64,000 nt of DNA from the IMG/VR virus record IMGVR_UViG_3300008339_009519, positions 1 through 64,000 of that record; one strand, written 5' to 3'. Position numbers and translations under genes: made by a program. Positions 38,491-49,047 of the stretch are shown one piece after another. How positions within the stretch are numbered: the first letter of the stretch is position 1; each line of letters opens with the position of its first letter. The DNA comes from an uncultured virus (IMG/VR IMGVR_UViG_3300008339_009519) (lineage: Duplodnaviria; Heunggongvirae; Uroviricota; Caudoviricetes). The notes under the pieces were generated by a model that saw only the letters and a list, made by a program, of their open reading frames with translations, searched no databases and had not been told where the DNA came from.

Positions 38491-39183
38491 CTATTTAATG
38501 GTTTTTACGTAATTTGAATTGGTTTTTTGCATTTCTGCTTTTTTTATTTTTATAATTTGTTCTGTAGAATATATTTTATGAATTTCTTTTTCCACAAAAT
38601 ATCCACTTCTCCAGTTTAAAACTTTTTCTACATTTGAACTATAATTAGTAAACAAATTACAGACAACTGCACCGCCATAAATCTTAATAAGATTTTTCAT
38701 TTTTGTCACAGCTTCTTCTTTTTTGTCTTGGCTAGAGAAAGACTCTTTGTCTAGTCTTTCATACAGCCAGTTATAAGCCTGCCTAGTTAAGGGGGGTATA
38801 TCTATGTGATCAAATATACCTTCCTTAAGAATAAGGGCTCTATTTTTTTCTATTTGCATATCTGTTTTGATTGTATCCTTAAATAGGGACAACCAATCTC
38901 TTTCATTGAACTGCGGCCAACCACTCACCCAAAAAAGCAGTACGTGTTTTTCTTCTGGTATCGCACTTTTGTTAATTACTGGAGACAGGCATGCACATGC
39001 AACAGATTTTTTTATGAATTCTTTTGCCTTATCTTCACCAAGCTTTTTCTTTTGTACTGACCAAAGCTGCGCAAGTTTTTCTGGCCAATCTGATTCACCC
39101 AAATATAAGGTTAAATATTTATCAGCTAATTCAACTGTAAGAGCGTTGTTGGCAACAAATTGCTCTAATAGTTGTATAGACAT
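38491..39183 (-). CDS. Hypothetical protein
   Basis: AGAGG SD; 230 aa ORF. Confidence 0.75.
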   Translation of the reverse strand: MSIQLLEQFVANNALTVELADKYLTLYLGESDWPEKLAQLWSVQKKKLGEDKAKEFIKKSVACACLSPVINKSAIPEEKHVLLFWVSGWPQFNERDWLSLFKDTIKTDMQIEKNRALILKEGIFDHIDIPPLTRQAYNWLYERLDKESFSSQDKKEEAVTKMKNLIKIYGGAVVCNLFTNYSSNVEKVLNWRSGYFVEKEIHKIYSTEQIIKIKKAEMQKTNSNYVKTIK

Positions 39184-39235
39184 ATGTAATCCTCTTTGCT
39201 TGTATCAAAAGTTATAAACTTGGTCTAATAATACA

Positions 39236-39260
39236 ATTCCCGCCCACTAGGGGCGGGAAT
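39236..39260. promoter_or_regulatory. GC-rich hairpin in the leader of the 39183-nrdJ operon
   Basis: ATTCCCGCCC-ACTAG-GGGCGGGAAT, downstream of minus-strand TGCTATAAT (39281-39289). Confidence 0.6.
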
Positions 39261-39325
39261 CTAATTTTTTCGCCCTGCTAATTATAGCAGGTGTTTTGTT
39301 GCATCAACTATTGTGATGAAAAAGT

Positions 39326-39946
39326 TTAGAGAGCTTTTGTGGACTCGAGTCCTTTATATTCTCTAACTTTGTTTCTACCATAATCAGAAGATGTGTTAGC
39401 CTGACCATATCCACTTGTGAATATTTGTGCACTTGCTACACCAATAAATTCTGTTGGTCTAAACAAGCCAAACGATGCTGCTGCACCTTGTGCTTCTGTT
39501 CTTGGTCCATGACCATAACCACTTGCAAATACTTCCGCTGAAGTAACACCATCAAAGAAGTAGTTGCTATAAAGAGCATAGTCATTTTCTCTGTCTGCGG
39601 CATGACCATAGCCACTACCAAACGCCTGTGCTCCAGCTAAGCCTTTGTATTCAAGCGGTCTGTATCTTGAACCGTCGTATGTAGCTTTACCATCTGGGAA
39701 AGTTCCTGCCAAAGGCGTTGTGCCATCATAAAGGGTTGATCCAGTAAAGAGTTGTGAAAGAAATCTATTACCTGGGCGATCACCACTACCAGGAACATTA
39801 TGATTGTCTGGTGCACCATCCAACAGACCTTTTGCAAAGAGTGGATAGAATGAATAGGTGCCGGCTGTGCCCTTAAATGAGTTAATCATCTCATTTGAGT
39901 TGCGACCCTTCAAGACTGGTCTACGACCTACATAAAAAGTAGCCAT
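39326..39946 (-). CDS. Gly-rich protein with three F.SGYG repeats, probable virion protein
   Basis: AAGGAG SD; AQAFGSGYGH / AEVFASGYGH / AQIFTSGYGQ. Confidence 0.6.
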   Translation of the reverse strand: MATFYVGRRPVLKGRNSNEMINSFKGTAGTYSFYPLFAKGLLDGAPDNHNVPGSGDRPGNRFLSQLFTGSTLYDGTTPLAGTFPDGKATYDGSRYRPLEYKGLAGAQAFGSGYGHAADRENDYALYSNYFFDGVTSAEVFASGYGHGPRTEAQGAAASFGLFRPTEFIGVASAQIFTSGYGQANTSSDYGRNKVREYKGLESTKAL

Positions 39947-40011
39947 TTATTTGTCTCCTTATTGAAAAATATATCTATATAGTAAAAAGAAATGCCGATT
40001 TTCACCTTTAA

Positions 40012-41274
40012 TTATAAATTATAATCAACTTCTATAATTAAATCTGAAAGAACTGGTGGTATTTTGTCCTCTAGCATATTTAAAGTAACCTCTACATATA
40101 CATGATCAGACGTATTTGGGTTATTTAAAGAATAACTCCCACCATTAGGGTAAAAAACCCTATAGCCAAAAACACTAGACAATAGTGATTGGCTTACGTT
40201 ATAAACTTTTGGTGAGACATTCAAAACCTCATTAATCGTATTGCCTGCTGGCGCATCAAATCTTATAAAGGTTTTTCCAGAAGTAATAAATTTGTCATAC
40301 CTAACATCAAGATCAGAGAGACCATAAGTATAAACATATACATTATTTTCTTTGACATAATTTCTCTGTCTTAAAAGAACCCTTATTGCTGTTATCGGAG
40401 TATCAGCAAAGTAAAACTTTAGTGGGCTAGAATTAACTACCGTATCTGAACCAGCAACTGACCAACCGCCTGGTGGGACCTTGCCTAACGCGTCATATTC
40501 ACTATCATATAACCCTGAATTAAGGGGGCTGTACCCATCTTTATCTGTTAGACTTGGGCTTGGCACTGTGGTGTATTCGATTTTAACAACGTCAACTCCA
40601 CTAGCCGGGAATGGGGAAAGTGATATTGAGTTAGTTAAAGAACTGCCAATAGATCCTATTGGAATTTTTACATACACATACATGCTAACACCAAGTGGAT
40701 TTGGCTCATTCAAAATAACATTTCTTCTCCAAACCTTATCTGGCTGATTCAAGAACGCATATTGAACTGGCGTAGTATCTATCAATGCTCCATTGCCATC
40801 GCCTCCTGCTAAATTAGGATCTACTCTAGTCTCCAAAAAGTCTGGGATGACTTGACCCTTAACAGAATTAACAAATTTTATCTTAGAATGAGATGAACCA
40901 GATGCTGCAGGCAGTGTCAAATGATTGTAGTAATCATTGAACTCTAGGGCACCGGATGCTGCTATTGCATAGCTTGTTGACACAAATGCAGACAAATCAA
41001 CCTGTGTTTTTGAGTGGATAGAAAGCTGATTAGTATTTATGCTTTCTATATTTCTAACTCTGTCTTGCAAATCTCTTAGAGCAGAAGTCAAAAACATATT
41101 TTCTTTAACAATTCTTTCTATAATTTCAGTAATTTTTTTATCCAAAACACCATATTTGTTATAGAGATATACCAAGTCTGCATAATTTTGTTCTATGCGC
41201 TCGTTAAAGTCAGTGCTTGAAATAGGGCCATGATATTGAATTGGCTTTTTTTGTGTATAAATAAAATCAGACAT
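40012..41274 (-). CDS. Probable virion structural protein
   Basis: Y.GPISS.DFN N-terminus; YTYGL; C-terminal PPVLSDL shared in style with neighbouring genes. Confidence 0.6.
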   Translation of the reverse strand: MSDFIYTQKKPIQYHGPISSTDFNERIEQNYADLVYLYNKYGVLDKKITEIIERIVKENMFLTSALRDLQDRVRNIESINTNQLSIHSKTQVDLSAFVSTSYAIAASGALEFNDYYNHLTLPAASGSSHSKIKFVNSVKGQVIPDFLETRVDPNLAGGDGNGALIDTTPVQYAFLNQPDKVWRRNVILNEPNPLGVSMYVYVKIPIGSIGSSLTNSISLSPFPASGVDVVKIEYTTVPSPSLTDKDGYSPLNSGLYDSEYDALGKVPPGGWSVAGSDTVVNSSPLKFYFADTPITAIRVLLRQRNYVKENNVYVYTYGLSDLDVRYDKFITSGKTFIRFDAPAGNTINEVLNVSPKVYNVSQSLLSSVFGYRVFYPNGGSYSLNNPNTSDHVYVEVTLNMLEDKIPPVLSDLIIEVDYNL

Positions 41275-41282
41275 TTAATCTC

Positions 41283-41720
41283 CTAGTTTTCTCCTCTTAA
41301 TTTTGCTTCAATTATGTCTAATTTTCTTGACAAATTAGATATTATTGCAGAATTAAGCTGAGGTTTATTGAACTCTAAACTATCTTCATAATATGGTGTA
41401 CTTGATTCAACTACATATTCTTGAGTGGTTTCGTCATATGAAACGTACTGTGAATATATCGTCATTAATAAATCTTCATTTAAATAGTAATCTGGGGTTG
41501 CTAAATTTAGATCATTTCTTGATATATCACTAGATTGGTCAATTAAAGCTTGGAGGTTTTCAAGCTTTTTATTGAGCCTATTAATGTCCATGTACAATTG
41601 GTCATTGGCTAGGTTTAATATGCTTGAAGGAACAGGGCCCTTGTAAACCAAACGTTGCCTATTCAACAGTGGCTCAAATATAGTTTCTCTTTTATTGTTT
41701 TCGGAATATGAAATTGTCAT
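41283..41720 (-). CDS. Probable virion protein
   Basis: YKGPVPS motif resembling the next gene; ATPDY. Confidence 0.55.
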   Translation of the reverse strand: MTISYSENNKRETIFEPLLNRQRLVYKGPVPSSILNLANDQLYMDINRLNKKLENLQALIDQSSDISRNDLNLATPDYYLNEDLLMTIYSQYVSYDETTQEYVVESSTPYYEDSLEFNKPQLNSAIISNLSRKLDIIEAKLRGEN

Positions 41721-41727
41721 ATAATAC

Positions 41728-43935
41728 CTAGTGTTTAAACTTTAATGTATAAGAATTTAAAGCTGGAGAAGAGTATGAATCTGAACCCCTAAAAAAATCC
41801 GCTCTTAGCTTTATAAACTGCGGTCTGTCTTGATTGTTCGCAAAATAGTATACCTTACTTCCATCTTTAATTTCTTCAGTTCTTCTATATACTATTTCCT
41901 TATTGTTTTCATAATCTATTATTGAGAAAACATTGTCGTTATTTGAATATCTATTTCTTAGATCTTCTATTTTCACATAGGATAAATAATTTCTGTATAC
42001 TTCTGCATTAGGTATCGTTAGTAGGGACTGATTCTCCATCAAAGAAATACTTCCATTAAACGAAGTGCCTATGCCATTAGTAGTATTTGTAGACTTGTTA
42101 ATAATGATAAGTATTGTATTTTGTCCTTTATTAAAATTCCACGTTAATGAAGATGACAAAATTCCTGGAGCTAGCATTCCAGCGTTAGATAGTTCTATGC
42201 CATTTAAATACACGTTGACATCCCAGTACTGAGCATCAAGAGATTTAAGAAAGTTTTTTGTTATTGTGAGTGGCTTGTCCATAAAAACATTTGTTGTTAA
42301 ATATATGCTTCCAAATGGAACACTTTGAGCCTGGTAGAACTCTTGAGTTGATTCCACTGAATTAAATGCAGTTGTATAAACGATGTCATTTCTTGTGCCA
42401 GAAATTACTTCTTGCCAAGTAGTTCTATCTAACGCAGTTCCAGTGACATAAGAAACTTGAATCTGATTGCTTGTAACGCTTTCCAGAATGTATGGTTCAT
42501 ACGGCTCTGAATTTTTTGGAAACTTACACAATCTATAGACATTAAAATTTCTAGATAGAGCATCGTTTTGATAGAAGTAAGCTTGTATAGGGTTATTGTA
42601 GGTAGTAGTTCTTGGAATTTGTATCATGCTATCAAAAGTAGAATCAATCGAAGTACCAGTTTGTTTATCTAAACTTGATTCAACAAGTCTAGTCCCCTTA
42701 AAGTCAATAATACTTGGTTGACTAGAATTTTTTTCTGAAGATGGAGAAATACCAATCCAATTAAAAGAATTTATATCTGTAGATGAACCATTATCTACAG
42801 CCACATAATAGTTTATTGCAGTACCAGGTGGCACTTGTTGCTCAGCGTCAAAAACAACTTCATCTATTGCTAAGTCTGGATTCTGAGCATTAGGTAAGCC
42901 AATAGATTTACTCACATAAATCGCTGAAGAACTATAGTATGGAGCAGTTATAATTAATTCTTCTATTCTGAAATCATATATATAAGCTATTTGTCCATTT
43001 TTATCAGAAACATAATCAGGCTCTACTTTAGTCAGGTATATTTCTATCATAGAAGTCTTTTTTGTTGAAAAATTAAAAGAAAAATTATCGTAATCAGTTG
43101 CACTATCTTTTGTAAAAAATAAAGACTTAGATCTATCTATAGGATCTATGACTAAAATGCTTGTTTCAACTGGTTTTTGAGAATTTATTCTTCCTTCAAC
43201 TACTGATATGCCGCTAGTTTCAGTGTTATATAGAGTGACTGGTACATTAATTTTTAGAGTACAAATTCCAATTGTACTGGACTCATATTTCATGGACCAT
43301 TCACTGTTGTTTAAGCCATTAAAAACATTAGAAAAATCTGTATTTTGTTGACTGATTTTTGTTTGACCGTCTAGATATAGATCTACTTTGGCGTTAGAAA
43401 CTTTGTTTAAAATATTACCAACATAATTAAACAGCCCTGAAGTCTCTTTTGGCAATGATGCTTTTCGTGCCAAAGTGTCTACAATTGCCGTAGTGTTATT
43501 TAAGTCTGTATGATTTGTATTGTTAAAAGCTTCCGTAAAAGCAAAGTAGTACCCGTCAGTATTATTTATGCTAAACAAATAGTCATCTACTGTTTTTTCT
43601 AGTTCTGCTCTTCTACTCTTTAAATTATCTATTCTAAACTTAAATGCTGAAACCAATTCATAAAGTTGCTCAAGTTCTTCATGATAGTCTTCATACAAAA
43701 CATCTAGGTTAAAACCTGTGTGTACTAAAATTCTATTGAGTTTATCAATGTCTACATATGAGCTAGCGTTAAGATCATTAAACGGAACAGGTATTGGTTG
43801 ACCTGGTTTAAATCTAGAAAAATATCTTCCGTATATTGAAGAAATTTCTTCAGTTGAAGGCTCTGATCCTAAAGAATAGTATATTTTATATATTGTTTCA
43901 AGAAATCTTTTTTTCTGTATATTTTCTATAGACAT
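41728..43935 (-). CDS. Probable virion/baseplate protein
   Basis: Coiled coil, then beta-rich; YVSK, VPPGTAINYYV, SPALNSYTLKF. Confidence 0.6.
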   Translation of the reverse strand: MSIENIQKKRFLETIYKIYYSLGSEPSTEEISSIYGRYFSRFKPGQPIPVPFNDLNASSYVDIDKLNRILVHTGFNLDVLYEDYHEELEQLYELVSAFKFRIDNLKSRRAELEKTVDDYLFSINNTDGYYFAFTEAFNNTNHTDLNNTTAIVDTLARKASLPKETSGLFNYVGNILNKVSNAKVDLYLDGQTKISQQNTDFSNVFNGLNNSEWSMKYESSTIGICTLKINVPVTLYNTETSGISVVEGRINSQKPVETSILVIDPIDRSKSLFFTKDSATDYDNFSFNFSTKKTSMIEIYLTKVEPDYVSDKNGQIAYIYDFRIEELIITAPYYSSSAIYVSKSIGLPNAQNPDLAIDEVVFDAEQQVPPGTAINYYVAVDNGSSTDINSFNWIGISPSSEKNSSQPSIIDFKGTRLVESSLDKQTGTSIDSTFDSMIQIPRTTTYNNPIQAYFYQNDALSRNFNVYRLCKFPKNSEPYEPYILESVTSNQIQVSYVTGTALDRTTWQEVISGTRNDIVYTTAFNSVESTQEFYQAQSVPFGSIYLTTNVFMDKPLTITKNFLKSLDAQYWDVNVYLNGIELSNAGMLAPGILSSSLTWNFNKGQNTILIIINKSTNTTNGIGTSFNGSISLMENQSLLTIPNAEVYRNYLSYVKIEDLRNRYSNNDNVFSIIDYENNKEIVYRRTEEIKDGSKVYYFANNQDRPQFIKLRADFFRGSDSYSSPALNSYTLKFKH

Positions 43936-43937
43936 AA

Positions 43938-46364
43938 CTACCTAAACCTAGCTCCAATTTTATAGTAATAAACTATTGGTGTGTTGTTTATTGTCCTATC
44001 TTTTTTGATTTCTATTTTAACTATAATCGAATTTATTGGATTCGGCACTCCGGGATCTTTACCACTGTTCAAGTACATAATCTGTGGAAGAGCTGTATCA
44101 TTAGTTAAATTTTGATTAAAAACTAAAACTTCTGGAGTTCCAGTATAGTTTCTTTCAATTGGTTGTATGGGGAAATATTTGACGCCACCATCTACGCTAA
44201 TAGAATATTTAACATATGATTGGTTTTGAGTACCTTCTGGAATAAAATCCGCTGCGTACAAGGTAACCATATCTAAGTTTCCTGTCACAAAAAATGGTTT
44301 TGATATTATTTCTGCTGACTCTTGAAATGTTTCTTTGCCAAAAGAAATATCTCTTATACCTATACTTGCTCTTTTTGCCTTTAGTTCTTCAAAGTTTCTT
44401 TTAAGGTTTAAAGATACTTTATTAGCTTTATTAATTTTTTCAGTGTATTTTTCTACAACAATATTATTTTGCGTTGGTGCATCCAAAACTTTAATGCATA
44501 GCCCATAGCTTTTAGAAATGTCTGTTGTAGGCAGAGAAGTTGTTGAAGATGAACCTACTGAGAACTTAAATTGATTTACACTTGGTGTTTCTGTAACTGT
44601 AAATATGCCAAAAATATCAACGGTAGACCATCTATCTCTTATGTAAACCTTGTCGCCAACTGAAACACCATGGTTTGCAGATGTGTTTAAAGTAGCTATT
44701 CCAGAAGCTATGCTTATGCTACTCATTTTTATTTTTAAATTTGTTGTTGGATCGTACTTTGTCGGATCAATTAAAACACAAGCAGACGGGAAGTTTGCGT
44801 TTATCATACGCTGCTTTGTTGCGTCCATTAATTCCTGTGAGGAAAACCCAATTGAATTTTCTTTTGTTGTAAATAAATCTATATTAAGATCAACATCTTT
44901 TTTGTACCAATAAAAAGAATTTTGACCAACATTTATTTTAACCTGGTATTTTGTTTCCCCTGCTACTTGATTGTTGTAAGTCACTGTAATTTGCTTTGTA
45001 TCCGAAGCAGAAGATTTAAAGTCAGTTGGCCTATTTATGTTAGGAACTAAGGTGTTCTTATCCCAAGATACGTTTTGTGCTGCAGCCCCCAAGACTGCTT
45101 CTGGCTGAAAGTGGGTTTGATTATTCCATTTTGTAGTTGAATTAATTTCGTAAGGTGTCCAGTACGCGTGTCTGATAACTGTATCCTTAAACTGATCTTG
45201 TTCAAAAGTAATATATACTTTATTTACAATCTTCTCTTCAAATCTGAATACACCTTTATTGTAGAAAAAGTTTTTATAATTATTTATATTTTTCTGAGAA
45301 ACATCTGACGCTATATAAACTGGTCCATTATTTATAATCTCATAAGTTGTATTAGTTTTTTGATTATATAATTTTAATGAAGTTACTTTTACATTATTTA
45401 TTAGTGCATTTGCTCCTTGAATATCATAACCAAAAAATGGTATGATTGAAATATAATTTATATACTCACCAGTTCTATTCTGTGTAGAAAATTCTAAGGT
45501 TAATTTAAGAGGTTTTGTTGTATCAAAATTTGCCCAATTAATGTAATTTGATCCATCAAAATACTGAAATTCATATGAAGGTCTATTAGTTAGGCTTTCA
45601 GCCAAAACATTGATTGCTTCGTACTCAAAATATGTAGCTGGGCTATTGTCTGTAATAGCTGATTCAGTAGATCTTAAAATGCTAGAATCTTTTTCATAAA
45701 TAAACTGAGTATTATTTATGTCTTTGTAAAAAAGGAAGTGGTTCCCCTTTAATCCATTTGACAAACCAGCAAAAGGGACTTCTGTCGAAATGCTTTCGTT
45801 ATAGTTTTGATTTATTACACGAATATTCCCTTTGGTTTTTTTACTTGTTGTTTTTGCAAGCGTTGCATAGCCGTCAGATATGTCGGGGACTAAACCAGCT
45901 TGTATCTTTCTTGCATCTACTTTTGAGAGATCATTAAAAGAATCACCAAAATACCAGGCATCTACAGATGGGCTTTGTGAATACATTTCCAAGACATTAA
46001 TTTTAGATTTAATTCTTGATATTGAATTTTTTTCTGATTCTAATGAGTTTGTGAAAACATTAAAAGTGTTTATATAATTTGCTGACATAGCTTCAAGCTG
46101 GTTTGTCATTATGTTAAGGTCTTTTGACATAGCTGCTATGATCTCATTAAATACAGCTGAGTTAGGTATGTCAGCTTTCTGGAATAACTTTATATCAAAA
46201 GATGTACCGCCAATTTTATTGTGTATTTCAGATAGCAATTTTTGATATTCAGCGTCAAAGACATTCGGTGGTACGTTTTTTTGAGTTACATACTCTGCAA
46301 TAAATCGTTGAACTTTTGATATTATTTGAGAATATACTAAACTGTCTGTTGATAATTGAGCCAT
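43938..46364 (-). CDS. Probable virion/baseplate protein
   Basis: IGIRDI, IISKPF, VKYSISVDGG, TPIVYYYKI; similar layout to neighbours. Confidence 0.6.
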   Translation of the reverse strand: MAQLSTDSLVYSQIISKVQRFIAEYVTQKNVPPNVFDAEYQKLLSEIHNKIGGTSFDIKLFQKADIPNSAVFNEIIAAMSKDLNIMTNQLEAMSANYINTFNVFTNSLESEKNSISRIKSKINVLEMYSQSPSVDAWYFGDSFNDLSKVDARKIQAGLVPDISDGYATLAKTTSKKTKGNIRVINQNYNESISTEVPFAGLSNGLKGNHFLFYKDINNTQFIYEKDSSILRSTESAITDNSPATYFEYEAINVLAESLTNRPSYEFQYFDGSNYINWANFDTTKPLKLTLEFSTQNRTGEYINYISIIPFFGYDIQGANALINNVKVTSLKLYNQKTNTTYEIINNGPVYIASDVSQKNINNYKNFFYNKGVFRFEEKIVNKVYITFEQDQFKDTVIRHAYWTPYEINSTTKWNNQTHFQPEAVLGAAAQNVSWDKNTLVPNINRPTDFKSSASDTKQITVTYNNQVAGETKYQVKINVGQNSFYWYKKDVDLNIDLFTTKENSIGFSSQELMDATKQRMINANFPSACVLIDPTKYDPTTNLKIKMSSISIASGIATLNTSANHGVSVGDKVYIRDRWSTVDIFGIFTVTETPSVNQFKFSVGSSSTTSLPTTDISKSYGLCIKVLDAPTQNNIVVEKYTEKINKANKVSLNLKRNFEELKAKRASIGIRDISFGKETFQESAEIISKPFFVTGNLDMVTLYAADFIPEGTQNQSYVKYSISVDGGVKYFPIQPIERNYTGTPEVLVFNQNLTNDTALPQIMYLNSGKDPGVPNPINSIIVKIEIKKDRTINNTPIVYYYKIGARFR

Positions 46365-46371
46365 ATAAAAC

Positions 46372-49047
46372 CTATATTATTCTATTTTTATATCTATTAT
46401 TATACTTTACAAATGTATTTATTATGCTATCTTGCGTATCTATGGAGAATTTAAACATTAATCTATCAACTGAATAGTTTTCTTTAGTATTATTTAAATT
46501 TCTCAATACTATTCTATACCTAAATGAATCAGCAGCATAGTGGTATAGAACCCTAAATGGTTGTGTTACTGGCTTATTGAATAATAAACTTTGCCCTGTA
46601 TGTATAAATAATAGTAATTCAGTATCATAAAAAGACTCTCTTTGGGCGCTGTCTAGTATGTAGTTTGTTATATTTAAAGCAACTGTTCCATCATTTAAAA
46701 TAACTTTTACTGGTGAATAAGAAGAATAATCAAAATTACCAAAAGAACTATTTGAAGTTGTTATGGTGCCATTTATAGCTGAATAGGATGCATTTGCGAA
46801 TTTACCATAGTCTACATGTGGATTATTTCTAAGCTCAACCCTATTGCCAAAATCAGATTTTTCAAATATTTCTCCGTTAAATCCGTTTGTGCTAGCCGAA
46901 ACTAGGACTGGGTTTGCTAAGGATCTAGAAAAAAGCTGTATTTCTTTTACTAGATTAGGGCTTGCTGGGGTATATGATACATAGTATGTTTTTGTTGAAT
47001 CATAATTTAGTATAGTTATATTTTTGCCATTAGCATTAAACGTTGCTGGGTCTCTTCTTTTGCCAGATTCGTATACAGAAATTGTCTCTACTCTAGGTAA
47101 AAATCTAAGAATGCCCGAACCACTAGTATTTAAGAACAAAAACTCAGACCTAATAACAGAGTCATTAAATGGCATTATGGGTAGCCAGTCGTCTTCGTTA
47201 ATTGGATTATCTTTAATTGAAACGCTAAACTCAATAGACGTTTTATCCCCAGATTCATCTAGTTCAAGTCTAGATATTTCTGAAAAATAATTCGCCATCA
47301 TTTTTGTTTTAAGCGGCACACCAGCTAATGGCAGTCTTTTACTTACATAAACTGATCTTTGTTGGACCGGCAAAGATGCGTTTACTGTGTAAATATTTTC
47401 TACTGAAAATAAACTTATATTTTTTATAGAGAACATATATTCATATTGGTTCTGTGATTCAATATTATTAAGAAGATCTATTACCCCTTTTTGATCAACT
47501 GAATAAAATGACTCTTCAATAAAATGAATATTTTCTGCAATATTATTAGAGTCTCCCAAAGGAACTAAACCACCAGACGCATAGGACGAAATTGGTTTAA
47601 CTAGATCTCTTAAATTAGATTCTAAATATGTATTTTTTACAGAAGCTCTAATATTTGAACCAATTGAATATGAAATTATTGAGAATATTATATTTGATAA
47701 TATACTTGTATTTTTAAACTTATTATAAGAGTCAATATCAGAGTAATATTTATTACTCTTTAACTCATTTAATACTCCAATATTCTTTTTTGAAACATCT
47801 GTTGGATAATAATATGTATAGTCATAATTATATAATTTTTTATTTTTTAATATATAATCTTTTGCGTAATCTTTAATAAAGAAATTAATAACTAAATCTT
47901 GTAAAGTGTCATGACTTTTCTTTTTATCTTTACGTATTTCTTTAGCTATTTCATTAACCAGCTTTGCATTTAACTCTGATTGGACTGGTGTTATTCTTGT
48001 CCTAACATAGTTGTTTTGAGCAAAGAAGAGTATAATTGATTTTACAAAAACCAATCCAGAAAGATCAATGTCAGTAGCTTTGTCTATATAGATAGGATTA
48101 TCTAGTAATAATTTTTTTGCAGATTGCCCTTCTATTTTTTGATTGGACGAACTTAACACTCCAGATTCTACAGCTGCTTGTATCAAGTACATCCCTTTTG
48201 TAACATTTGGACTTATCCTTATTCTTGAGGCTGGTACTTCTGAATTTAGTATAATTTCAATAGCCACTTGAGCTGAGTCATCAAATGCTATTGACCCTTT
48301 ATATTGTTTAAATTCATCTCTGTTAAAAATAGATTCTTTTATTACAAAAGGTGATTTAATTGTCATATTCCAAGAATTGCTTGAAGAGTTATCAAAAACA
48401 TTTTGAATATTTGTATTACTTGAAATATACTCTGAGGCAAAGTTTGTATAGTAGTTTATTTCTTTTATATTATTTCTATCAAAGTCTATTAATTTTTCTT
48501 CTTGATTCGCAGAAAATTTTAAAGTTCCGCTAGTAGGATCTACTGCTGCATATTCAATGCCCTTAAATGGCATGCCGTTTCTGTCTGGTGTAGTAAATTG
48601 ATTGGTATCGTATATATTAGAATTTAAAGTATTATCAAAATTTTCCACAAAATTATGATTGAACAAATCATCTTCACCAGATAAAAATGACCAATTGTTT
48701 ATATAAGATTCTAAATATAAAATATCTTTTTCTATTTTTTCAATTTCTCCAGAAAAAATAGTAGACATTGAAGCTCTCAACATGCTCAAAGATTTAGAAA
48801 TATCATAGTTTGTTTTAACTCTTAAATCAATATCCCTAAATAGATCTATTAAGGGCTCTCTCTGCATTACAGTAAGGTTTCTTACGAGAGACGGTATGTA
48901 GTCTGAAGCCGAAGAAAATGTAGAAAGCTTATTTATTAGTCTTCCTATTTCTGCTTTTTCAAGTTTTGACTCTGACAAAACAGATTGTATTGTCCTTCTT
49001 GCCTGTCTACTAAAGGATGAAATATGGTCACTTAGTTGCATCAACAT
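46372..49047 (-). CDS. Probable virion/baseplate protein
   Basis: YMFSIKNI, YVSKR, IEFSVS, WLPIMP. Confidence 0.6.
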   Translation of the reverse strand: MLMQLSDHISSFSRQARRTIQSVLSESKLEKAEIGRLINKLSTFSSASDYIPSLVRNLTVMQREPLIDLFRDIDLRVKTNYDISKSLSMLRASMSTIFSGEIEKIEKDILYLESYINNWSFLSGEDDLFNHNFVENFDNTLNSNIYDTNQFTTPDRNGMPFKGIEYAAVDPTSGTLKFSANQEEKLIDFDRNNIKEINYYTNFASEYISSNTNIQNVFDNSSSNSWNMTIKSPFVIKESIFNRDEFKQYKGSIAFDDSAQVAIEIILNSEVPASRIRISPNVTKGMYLIQAAVESGVLSSSNQKIEGQSAKKLLLDNPIYIDKATDIDLSGLVFVKSIILFFAQNNYVRTRITPVQSELNAKLVNEIAKEIRKDKKKSHDTLQDLVINFFIKDYAKDYILKNKKLYNYDYTYYYPTDVSKKNIGVLNELKSNKYYSDIDSYNKFKNTSILSNIIFSIISYSIGSNIRASVKNTYLESNLRDLVKPISSYASGGLVPLGDSNNIAENIHFIEESFYSVDQKGVIDLLNNIESQNQYEYMFSIKNISLFSVENIYTVNASLPVQQRSVYVSKRLPLAGVPLKTKMMANYFSEISRLELDESGDKTSIEFSVSIKDNPINEDDWLPIMPFNDSVIRSEFLFLNTSGSGILRFLPRVETISVYESGKRRDPATFNANGKNITILNYDSTKTYYVSYTPASPNLVKEIQLFSRSLANPVLVSASTNGFNGEIFEKSDFGNRVELRNNPHVDYGKFANASYSAINGTITTSNSSFGNFDYSSYSPVKVILNDGTVALNITNYILDSAQRESFYDTELLLFIHTGQSLLFNKPVTQPFRVLYHYAADSFRYRIVLRNLNNTKENYSVDRLMFKFSIDTQDSIINTFVKYNNRYKNRII

